A model generated the notes under the pieces. That model ran no database searches, was not told where the DNA came from, and saw nothing but the letters and a program-made list of their open reading frames with translations. Below, one piece after another: positions 35,635 through 42,792 of a DNA stretch of 45,631 bases. Source of the DNA: a virus (taxonomy: Duplodnaviria; Caudoviricetes); the IMG/VR virus record IMGVR_UViG_3300037755_000412, positions 1-45,631 of that record, one strand, 5' to 3'. The stretch's first letter is position 1; every line of letters starts with the position of its first letter. A program made the position numbers and the translations under genes.

Positions 35635-36810
35635 TCAGAACCAACCGCCGCACACGGAGCCGTCGCTACTGCACAACCTGCATTGCCCGTCGCTCGGCTC
35701 GAACTGAAACGGGTTGCCGCGGACAAACGAACATGTCGCACCGGGCTTCGCTTCGAGCTTCGTCCCTCCCGTCAGATACGCCTCGCAGGCACCGCGCTCA
35801 TCGCACTTGAAGCCGGGACACTCGTTCCGCACCGGACATCCGCAGCGGATCTGCCCGCCCATCTCGCCCATGCCGATCGAGTCGCAGTAGCCACAAGCCC
35901 GAGGAGCAACCTGCGCGGTGCAGTCGATCAGCTTCCCGTGTGGGCCGCAGTTGATCTGCCACCGGGGCCTGCCGATCTCGTTCTCGCCCCAACCGTCCGG
36001 CAACGTCGCGGCCGTCCAGACCCTCGGCGGGAGCGGAGCGGTACAACCTCCAGAGGGAGGCGGTACAGGGACCGGCGTAGGAGTGGGAGCAGGCGCCGGG
36101 CCCGGCTGAACGCCGCCTGGAGGAGCGTATGCAGGACGGTCGGCACCTGGGCTCCAAACGACGGTCCCTGTCTTTGTGGGGTCGTCCCAGCCGTCGCCGC
36201 TGTAGATGTGATACCCGAACATCGGCTGATTCGAGCTGGTGGACGCCGAGATTTCGTCGGTCCCAACGTCGTGCTGGCCGGAGCAGAAGCCTTGCGCGCG
36301 TAGCTCGGCCTCCACGTGCGCTTGCCAGACTTGAGGACGGACCGTGATGATGCACCGCGAGCCTGGAGAACAGCCGGTCAGCTTCGACATGCCCTGATTC
36401 ACGGCCCAGCCGAGCGTGTGCTTCTCGGCGTCGATCACCGGCTGAGACAACACGCCGAGGAACACGCCGGACCCGCTCAGGACGCAGCCTGTCGTGGGGG
36501 GGATGGGCGGCGGGTTCGGCGGCTGGGGCGGCTGCTCGGGCGATGACGGGCACGCGCTCGGCCCGCCCTGTACATTCGTGACCCCGCCAGGCACCCACGG
36601 TGTCCAGCATGCGTAGAGCCAGCCCGTGCCCGGGTCGTGCCAGCACGAATGCGCCTGCCCTTCGATGCAGACCGGGCTGGGTACGGGCTCGGGAGTCGGT
36701 GCGGGAGGGGTCGGTGGACCCGGAGGTTTCCCGCCGGGGATGCACGCACCGAGAAGTAGCACGGCGCCGATCGTCCACGCCCACGTGAAGCGCCTGCGAC
36801 TGTTCTTCAC
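35635..36810 (-). CDS. Cys-rich multidomain lipoprotein with Pro-rich linkers
   Basis: MKNSRRRFTWAWTIGAVLLLGA|C lipobox; GGGGGGAG RBS; about 22 further Cys. Confidence 0.82.
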   Translation of the reverse strand: MKNSRRRFTWAWTIGAVLLLGACIPGGKPPGPPTPPAPTPEPVPSPVCIEGQAHSCWHDPGTGWLYACWTPWVPGGVTNVQGGPSACPSSPEQPPQPPNPPPIPPTTGCVLSGSGVFLGVLSQPVIDAEKHTLGWAVNQGMSKLTGCSPGSRCIITVRPQVWQAHVEAELRAQGFCSGQHDVGTDEISASTSSNQPMFGYHIYSGDGWDDPTKTGTVVWSPGADRPAYAPPGGVQPGPAPAPTPTPVPVPPPSGGCTAPLPPRVWTAATLPDGWGENEIGRPRWQINCGPHGKLIDCTAQVAPRACGYCDSIGMGEMGGQIRCGCPVRNECPGFKCDERGACEAYLTGGTKLEAKPGATCSFVRGNPFQFEPSDGQCRLCSSDGSVCGGWF

Positions 36811-37109
36811 GGCTCCCCCCTGAATCCGATGATCGCGGCCCGCAACCTCGCAGCCGCATGGATGACCGGCAACACCAGCTCGCGCTCGCAATGGATCGCG
36901 GCCTCGAGCTCCAGCCATGCGGCCTTGTCGTAGCCCGGCATTCCACGCGCCCAGGTCCACAGGACTTGCAGAGCGACATGGGTACGGTCGCGGGCCAGTA
37001 CGGCAGCAGGGCGGGGCGGCGCCGAAGGCTGCACTGGCCCCGGGGGGCTCGTTGCCGGCGCGCTACCAAACACCGCCCCGCCCGACCGCGCGGCTGAGGG
37101 AGCCGCCAT
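36807..37109 (-). CDS. Hypothetical protein
   Basis: LQVLWTWA.G.PGYDKAAW..LE; coupled at both ends. Confidence 0.6.
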   Translation of the reverse strand: MAAPSAARSGGAVFGSAPATSPPGPVQPSAPPRPAAVLARDRTHVALQVLWTWARGMPGYDKAAWLELEAAIHCERELVLPVIHAAARLRAAIIGFRGEP

Positions 37110-37615
37110 CACACCTCGCTCCACAGGCGCCGCACCCCAAGCAGGCGCCGCAGCGGGAAGGTCGCCACCGAGACGCAGTTGTTTTGGTTGCCGCCGAGCA
37201 AGCGCACACCTGTCGGAGCCAGCGGATTGTCCGGGCCCACGTCGAGCCCGGCAAACCAGCCCACATGGCCGGGAGCGTCAAGGACGTCTGGCCCGGGCTG
37301 CTGTCCGTCGCCGCGCTGCAACACGACGACATCCCACCCGACGCGCGCCTCCGCGAGATCGATCGGCATCCCTGCCCCGAGCCAGCTTCGCGCGCGTGCC
37401 GGCGCGTCAGGAATCCGCAGCCCGGACAGGCGGGTGACGTGGGCGACGTAGGCGCCGCACCATGGCGTCTCGTCGTGGTAGAGCCCGGTCGCCTGCCGAG
37501 GGTCCGCAACCCCGGCATCCATCAGCCAGGCGAGGACGTGGGGGTTGTCGTAGCCGCCCGGAAGCTCGCGCAGGCCGATGTACCGGCTCGCGATGTCGTA
37601 TGCGGTGAGTCGCAG
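37109..37615 (-). CDS. Endolysin, TIGR02594 / NlpC-P60-like peptidase (probable CTG start)
   Basis: TAYDIASRYIGLRELPG..DNP.VLAW, DETPWCGAYV, ARSWL..G, DVVVLQRG, GHVGWF, LLGGNQNN.V. Confidence 0.88.
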   Translation of the reverse strand: MRLTAYDIASRYIGLRELPGGYDNPHVLAWLMDAGVADPRQATGLYHDETPWCGAYVAHVTRLSGLRIPDAPARARSWLGAGMPIDLAEARVGWDVVVLQRGDGQQPGPDVLDAPGHVGWFAGLDVGPDNPLAPTGVRLLGGNQNNCVSVATFPLRRLLGVRRLWSEV

Positions 37616-37784
37616 GCGCGGCCCCGTCCCCAGGCGCCCCCCGGATGCTGCGGGAGCTGTGTCAGGTTCAGGGCCGTCGTCGGGGCCGCGGTTGCTGCCG
37701 GTCCCTCAGGCCTGCTCAGGCTTGATCGTCAACGCCCCGCAGTGGCTGCTACCCGCGGGACTCTGACCGCACCCTTGCGGCTAC

Positions 37785-37811
37785 ATTATGGCTTACGTGT
37801 CAAGGCTTACG
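37785..37811 (-). promoter_or_regulatory. Late promoter-like motif CGTAAGCC-TTGACA-CGTAAGC-CATAAT
   Basis: TTGACA-N7-CATAAT with an 8-bp direct repeat flanking TTGACA; heads the gap before the lysis genes. Confidence 0.5.
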
Positions 37812-38123
37812 GCGCATCCAGAAGATCAGTAGCGCAGCCGCGAGCAGGGCCGCCACAATCCACGGCCAGGGGTCGAACGGCGCCGGATCCACACGGAAGC
37901 GAAGCCAGTGGGAGTCGCGTTCCGATCCAGAGCACTCCATCGTGACCTTGGCCTCGTAGTATCCTTCGGCGGCGGGACGACCGCTTAGGAGACCGTCCGT
38001 CGAGATGCTCATCCCGGGAGGCAGTGAGCCCTCGACGATGTGGTAGGCGCACCCCTCGTCGCACCCGACCGAGCAGTCCAACCCGCCGGCTGCCACCACG
38101 CCATCACTGTAAGGCTGCATCAC
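37800..38123 (-). CDS. Single putative-Ig (He_PIG) domain protein with C-terminal membrane anchor
   Basis: GSLPPGMSISTDGLLSGRP..EGYY...VT, then WPWIVAALLAAALLIFWMRRKP. Confidence 0.78.
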   Translation of the reverse strand: MMQPYSDGVVAAGGLDCSVGCDEGCAYHIVEGSLPPGMSISTDGLLSGRPAAEGYYEAKVTMECSGSERDSHWLRFRVDPAPFDPWPWIVAALLAAALLIFWMRRKP

Positions 38124-38317
38124 CCCTCCAATGCTCTGCGACTATACCGCCGCGGCAGCTCGACATCGACATTCCCGGCCCCGTCCACCAGCAGCCGCAC
38201 CAGCACGTCGCCGCCCCCGGCAGCCTGCGCTCGGGCCATCTGCGCCAGGATCTCCCGGCAGGCGTCCGGCACGTGCTCCAGGCTCGCGGCTAGGCGCTCG
38301 GCGGGGCTCGGGATCAC
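38120..38317 (-). CDS. Hypothetical protein
   Basis: GTGA coupling; 65 aa. Confidence 0.55.
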   Translation of the reverse strand: MIPSPAERLAASLEHVPDACREILAQMARAQAAGGGDVLVRLLVDGAGNVDVELPRRYSRRALEG

Positions 38318-38730
38318 TCGGGCTTCGCCTCCAGCACAGCGGCCAAGGCGTCCACCTTCGCGGGCAGCACGCAGCAGGCGCCCTCGTGGCATCGCTGGTG
38401 CGTCCCCTTGCCGCCGTGGCTCCTGTACTCGGCCACCAGATCGAGCGCTGCGGTACGCAGCCGATCCACCTCGCGGGTCAGACGGTCGTGCGAGGAAAGC
38501 AGGGCGCGGATCGCATCCGCTTCAGACTCCGTGCAGTACAGCATGCACCGCTCCAGCAGCTCGCGGTCAGGGACCACCGCCTGCTCCACGTCTCTGGGCT
38601 CAGCCTTGGTGGGGGTCATCGGCTCCAGACAGCGCGCCGTGCATTGCCCGCCGGTATCGGTAGGCCCACCACAGCGCCCGCAGTAGGCCGGGACCAGCGG
38701 TATCGGGTTCCCTGCCGTGTCGGTGTTCAT
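38314..38730 (-). CDS. Cys-containing hypothetical protein
   Basis: AAGGAGG RBS; CGRC..C..RC plus coiled coil. Confidence 0.7.
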   Translation of the reverse strand: MNTDTAGNPIPLVPAYCGRCGGPTDTGGQCTARCLEPMTPTKAEPRDVEQAVVPDRELLERCMLYCTESEADAIRALLSSHDRLTREVDRLRTAALDLVAEYRSHGGKGTHQRCHEGACCVLPAKVDALAAVLEAKPE

Positions 38731-38776
38731 GCTTCCTCCTTCGGCTCTGCGGGGGCACTCTCGCGGTCGGGAGAGG

Positions 38777-39037
38777 TCATTGAAGCAAGCGGGAGGCTAT
38801 GCGATCTGCGTGCTTCGACGCTCTCTCCTTGCCCTGCGCCATCACATCGCGAATGTCGGCAGCGTCCTGCTTGGCCTGCTTGCCCTCGGCGAACTTCTGC
38901 GCGGCCAGCGTCTCCAAGCTGTGAATCAAGTTCACGAGACGGCGGTTCAGTGCCCCGCTTTCGTACGTGGACAGCCTGCGCGATAGCTCGGCGTGCGCGG
39001 CTTTGGTCGGATGCCCGATCGTTCCTGGTTTTCTCAT
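38777..39037 (-). CDS. Hypothetical helical protein
   Basis: GAGGGG RBS; MRKPGTIGHP. Confidence 0.65.
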   Translation of the reverse strand: MRKPGTIGHPTKAAHAELSRRLSTYESGALNRRLVNLIHSLETLAAQKFAEGKQAKQDAADIRDVMAQGKERASKHADRIASRLLQ

Positions 39038-39054
39038 GGCATTACCCCTCTTTC

Positions 39055-39345
39055 TCACTTCGGCTCTGCGGGTGCGCTGTCGCGGGCGAGGAGCAGGCCG
39101 GCGGCTCGGGCCTTGGCGCGCGCCTGAATTGCAGTCTGTAGACGGCACCGACAGCCCTTGTCACAGAGCAACTGGGCTGATGCATCCTCAGGCACCTGCC
39201 TGTCTAGCGCCTCAGCCAACTCCCGCGCCAACACAGCGAGAGCTAGGAAGTCTCCCGACAGCAACCCAGCCTGCGCTTCGACTCCGGGCGTCTCGTGATA
39301 GAGCTTCCGCGCCCGCTCCTCCGCTTCCGGCACGTTGAGGGTCAT
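39055..39345 (-). CDS. Hypothetical protein
   Basis: MTLNVPEAEERAR...CDKGCRC; ATGA coupling. Confidence 0.65.
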   Translation of the reverse strand: MTLNVPEAEERARKLYHETPGVEAQAGLLSGDFLALAVLARELAEALDRQVPEDASAQLLCDKGCRCRLQTAIQARAKARAAGLLLARDSAPAEPK

Positions 39346-39425
39346 CGACAGACCCCACACAGCAGGCAACGGTGGAGAGATCCCCATCCGGTCCAGATCC
39401 ACGAATGGCGACAACACTTTTTCAT
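39342..39425 (-). CDS. 27-aa Cys-rich peptide (not in ORF track)
   Basis: MKKCCRHSWIWTGWGSLHRCLLCGVCR*; AAGGAG RBS; ATGA at both ends. Confidence 0.55.
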   Translation of the reverse strand: MKKCCRHSWIWTGWGSLHRCLLCGVCR

Positions 39426-39877
39426 CGACTCTCCTTTTCGCGGGCGTCGAGGGCGGCGAACGCCTTTCCAGCGCGAGCTAGTTCTGCGGACGTCAGGAAG
39501 GACGTGAGTTCATGGAACACGCGCTTGCGCTCCTCGGCCACGGCCTCTTGCGTGCGCGGGTCGCGCTTCCAGATTTCGTGGATGATCGCGGTCGGAAGGT
39601 CGCGCTCGCTTGTGTACAGCTCGATCAGTTCCGCGTTCGGCCGGATTCCGTCGAAGCTGTGATCCGCGGCCTCGCGCCATTCCTTGTCCCTCTCGGCCCG
39701 CCCCAGGTCGCGGGCTTCGGCGAGGGCGGCGCGGAAGGGGCATGGCCACAGCACCCAGTCGAATAGAATCTTCCCGCTGCTGCACTTCTCGCAGTAGCGT
39801 TGTGCGTTTCCAGGCTCAGTCCACGGATAGTGCCCGAGCCGCTTCGCGATCTCGTCCAGCGTCTTCGGCTCAGTCAT
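39422..39877 (-). CDS. Hypothetical protein with H...CEKC...WPC motif
   Basis: GAGGA RBS; ATGA coupling. Confidence 0.7.
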   Translation of the reverse strand: MTEPKTLDEIAKRLGHYPWTEPGNAQRYCEKCSSGKILFDWVLWPCPFRAALAEARDLGRAERDKEWREAADHSFDGIRPNAELIELYTSERDLPTAIIHEIWKRDPRTQEAVAEERKRVFHELTSFLTSAELARAGKAFAALDAREKESR

Positions 39878-40320
39878 CGGTTCCTCTTTTCGCGGGTGCG
39901 AGCTTTCCAGGCTCGGTGCCAAGCTCGGTGACAGCTTCGGCACTCGCGCCTCCCCCGCGACACGTACAGATTCTCGCCAGCATAGACGTGGCCACGGGGA
40001 CAGTGAGTCCTGGCCAATTGAATGGCAGGCCTCGAAAGCGACCCCGGCGCCAGAAGATTTTGCCGCGCCGTTACGGGTCTCAGGTGTACCGGATTGACGC
40101 AGGAACGAACCCGGCAAACATGATCGAGATGGAGACCGGCTGGGATTGGTCCGACATAGTGTTCGAAGGCTACGCGGTGAGCTCGGCGCCCGCGGCCGTT
40201 GAGCGAGAACAGGCCGTAGCCGTTATGGTCGGTGCAACCAATCCATAGGTCGCACCCGCCCTTCGGCTCAGCCTCAACCTTCGCTACGAACCGCTTGAGC
40301 TGGCTCTCAATCATCAGCAT
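39874..40320 (-). CDS. HNH homing endonuclease (HNH_3 type)
   Basis: RF.AKV, C.LW.G....GYG.F, AHRVA, GPIP.GL.LDH.CR.R.CVNP.HL..VT...N, THCPRGH, REC..C. Confidence 0.92.
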   Translation of the reverse strand: MLMIESQLKRFVAKVEAEPKGGCDLWIGCTDHNGYGLFSLNGRGRRAHRVAFEHYVGPIPAGLHLDHVCRVRSCVNPVHLRPVTARQNLLAPGSLSRPAIQLARTHCPRGHVYAGENLYVSRGRRECRSCHRAWHRAWKARTREKRNR

Positions 40321-41131
40321 CGGCCTTCTCCCCCTTGTCCTGCGTCGGCTGGTTGTGGATGCACCCGACCCCCATCGGTCCACAAAGGTGTGGCTCTGGC
40401 CGGTGGGCGCTCTCTGGCCGGCAGCAAACGCCGCACTTGCCTGCATCGCGATTCGCCCCCGGGCGTGCCCACTCACGAAACTCGTGCCCGAGCGGCAGCT
40501 TGTCCTGCGTCGGCAAGAGCGTTGCCGGGGGCTCGAAGCCGGCAGAGAGAAGCGTCTCCTGCGTCGGCTGATCTCGGGCGGGCTCTCCGCAGGCGGGACA
40601 GGCTGGATTACCGCAACTACCCGGCTCAAACACTCGAGCCAAGTCCTCGCGGGTGATCTCAACGAACGGACGCTGAGAAGCCTCCAAGGCATCGTCGGCC
40701 TCGTCTACGGGGTCTTGGTAGCTTCGCGTCGAATGTCGCTCGCGCGTCAGCCCGCAGTGGACGCAGAGCAGAGCACACGTGAAGTTGTGCGCCGGATCAT
40801 CTCCTCCATCTCCCTCACGGCAGGGTTCAAAAGCGTGCGTCGGCTGATCTCGGGCGGCTGCGAGAGCGGCACGGAGGGCATCATCCACGCGCAGCGATAG
40901 GTCCGTAGCACCTGCGCGAAGGATCTCCACCACCGCCGCGAGCTTGGCCTCAACACGCTCGGTGTCTTTCGCCGCTGCGGAGAACGCCAGAACCGCCTCG
41001 CGCTTCAGCGTCAGCAGCCGCTCGACGTGCGCCTTCAGCTCCTCCACTTGAGTGCGGAGCGCGTCCCGCTCCTCGCGCAGTGTGTCCATCACGTCCAGGG
41101 CGCGGGACATCGGCACGGTAGGCTCGCTCAT
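40307..41131 (-). CDS. Modular coiled-coil/Zn-binding hypothetical protein with internal repeats
   Basis: Coiled-coil N-terminus; Cys/His modules separated by (D/N)QPT linkers. Confidence 0.7.
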   Translation of the reverse strand: MSEPTVPMSRALDVMDTLREERDALRTQVEELKAHVERLLTLKREAVLAFSAAAKDTERVEAKLAAVVEILRAGATDLSLRVDDALRAALAAARDQPTHAFEPCREGDGGDDPAHNFTCALLCVHCGLTRERHSTRSYQDPVDEADDALEASQRPFVEITREDLARVFEPGSCGNPACPACGEPARDQPTQETLLSAGFEPPATLLPTQDKLPLGHEFREWARPGANRDAGKCGVCCRPESAHRPEPHLCGPMGVGCIHNQPTQDKGEKADADD

Positions 41132-41427
41132 CGGGTCCCCCCTAGATTCAGCACCGCAGCGATCGCTTCATGCTCGCTCTCCACCACCACCGCGGGCCCG
41201 CCCCTCCAACTCGCCAGAAAGTACGCCTCAGCCTCCGTCAGCTTCCGCCCGCTCGGCGGCTTCTCCCCGTCCTTGACCTCGAGCAGCGTCGTCCGTCCCC
41301 TGTAGCCAACGAGCAAGTCCGGGAAGCCGTTGCCAACACCTGACGTGACGGACACGGACGCTCCGAGGCGCCTCAGAGCCTCGACGATCCTCGCTTGATT
41401 CGCGTCCGTCCGACCTCGAGCCCTCAC
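41128..41427 (-). CDS. VRR-NUC-like PD-(D/E)xK nuclease (resolvase-like)
   Basis: RTDANQ..IVEALR..GASV....VG.GFPDLLVGYRG.T.LLEVKDG.KPPS.RKLT..E..F...W.G. Confidence 0.9.
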   Translation of the reverse strand: MRARGRTDANQARIVEALRRLGASVSVTSGVGNGFPDLLVGYRGRTTLLEVKDGEKPPSGRKLTEAEAYFLASWRGGPAVVVESEHEAIAAVLNLGGTR

Positions 41428-41759
41428 GCCTTCTCCATGAACGGATGGCGCCGCGCCGGGAAATAGACCGTCGTCCCCTTGCCGTAGTTGCACGCGGCGC
41501 AGCTTGGGACCACGTTGCTGATGTCGTGTCGCCCGCCTCGGCTCAGCGGCCTGCAATGGTCCTGCTGGTCCCAGTGGTCGGCCTCGCAGTAGGCGCAGCC
41601 ATAGCGGTAGAACGCCAGGACGGCCTGCCAGGAATCTGGGTCCACCCAGCCGAAGGCCTTCGCGGCGGCCCGCTTCGCTCCGAGGGTTGCCTTGCGCCGT
41701 ATCGGCTTGCGAGGCTTGCGGGCTCGCTTCTCGGGGCGCGGAAGGCGGGCCTCGGTCAC
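41424..41759 (-). CDS. HNH endonuclease
   Basis: W......Y...CAYC......QDH..PLSRGG.H.ISNVVPSC..CN..KG. Confidence 0.9.
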   Translation of the reverse strand: MTEARLPRPEKRARKPRKPIRRKATLGAKRAAAKAFGWVDPDSWQAVLAFYRYGCAYCEADHWDQQDHCRPLSRGGRHDISNVVPSCAACNYGKGTTVYFPARRHPFMEKA

Positions 41760-41905
41760 GCAATCCTCGCTCGACGGTAGTAGTACAAGCACTTGCCGCA
41801 GCGCCAGAAGTCAGAGCCCATGCGCGGATAGGAGTAGATCGCAAGGGCATCGCAGTTGGGACAGCGGCGCTTCTTCGCAGGCCTCTTCGGCTTCGGCTTG
41901 GTCAC
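41756..41905 (-). CDS. 49-aa basic Zn-ribbon protein (not in ORF track)
   Basis: MTKPKPKRPAKKRRCPNCD...WRCGKCLYYYRR; GGAGG RBS; GTGA coupling at both ends. Confidence 0.7.
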   Translation of the reverse strand: MTKPKPKRPAKKRRCPNCDALAIYSYPRMGSDFWRCGKCLYYYRRARIA

Positions 41906-42093
41906 AGTCGGTCCTCCGATTCGTCTCGACGCCCCTCCTGATAGTGTTCCGCAGCCACCTCCCGCAGCAGGGCGGCGAGGCTGGCCTCATGGCCGGAAAC
42001 TCGCTGAGCAGGCCACAGCCGTTGCAACCACTCGCGGGCCTTCACAATCGCCCAGTCTTCGTTCGGCTTCGGCACGGGGCCTCCCTTGCTCAC
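41902..42093 (-). CDS. Hypothetical protein
   Basis: GGAGG RBS; GTGA coupling. Confidence 0.6.
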   Translation of the reverse strand: MSKGGPVPKPNEDWAIVKAREWLQRLWPAQRVSGHEASLAALLREVAAEHYQEGRRDESEDRL

Positions 42094-42386
42094 TCGCCCT
42101 CCAGAAAGCGAACCGTCGCGCATGGGTACAACTCCAGAAGATGCTGTGGCCTGAGTGCTGTACACGCCTCGCAGTACGGTGGGCCGCCAAGCTTGTGCGT
42201 CACCGACTTGTGCAGCGCGAGCACCTTTTCGACGCGCTCGGCTAGCGTCAGGATATGCCTGCAACACACGTGTGCATCATTGCCGTCTTTATCGGGGTCG
42301 TAGACCTCACGCCCGTCATGGGGTGGTGCCACCGTACAATCGCGCTCCACGTCGTTCAGCAGCTCCCTGATCGTCGGCTTGCTCAC
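42090..42386 (-). CDS. Hypothetical protein (VLALH...CEAC...YPCATVR type)
   Basis: Common phage H-CxxC-YPC motif. Confidence 0.7.
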   Translation of the reverse strand: MSKPTIRELLNDVERDCTVAPPHDGREVYDPDKDGNDAHVCCRHILTLAERVEKVLALHKSVTHKLGGPPYCEACTALRPQHLLELYPCATVRFLEGE

Positions 42387-42556
42387 TCGCAGGCCTTGGC
42401 GAAGATCTCTCGCACTGCCGCATCTACCGTCTCCTGGAGCGGCTTGGTCTTGAGCACCATCGTTTCGCCGCAGCAGACCGACCAGCCATTCGCTAGGCAA
42501 TGACTGAAGCCGACCTCCATCTTCGCGCCGCACTTCCGACACTCAACCTTGCTCAC
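42383..42556 (-). CDS. 57-aa Zn-ribbon protein (not in ORF track)
   Basis: MSKVECRKCG.....CLANGWSVCCGETM.L; GGAGG RBS; GTGA coupling. Confidence 0.7.
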   Translation of the reverse strand: MSKVECRKCGAKMEVGFSHCLANGWSVCCGETMVLKTKPLQETVDAAVREIFAKACE

Positions 42557-42792
42557 TCTCTCGTCCTCCGTTGCTTAGGGGCTCGCTCAGTCACCCGCAT
42601 ACCAGAGACCAACGCTTCTAACGTCTCCGTGATCCCATCCATGCACTTCGCGCAAATCACCAGAGATGGCGGCTTCGGCGGCGCATCGCAGCCATTCGCA
42701 CACTTCTTCAGCGGTTTCACCACTCCCCCCTTGATCCGGTCGGCATCGCTCGCACCGGGTATTTGTCCGCGTTCACCGTACGCTCCCGTCAT
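42553..42792 (-). CDS. Small Cys-rich protein
   Basis: CANGC...CAKC; start uncertain (possibly GTG near 42720). Confidence 0.55.
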   Translation of the reverse strand: MTGAYGERGQIPGASDADRIKGGVVKPLKKCANGCDAPPKPPSLVICAKCMDGITETLEALVSGMRVTERAPKQRRTRE

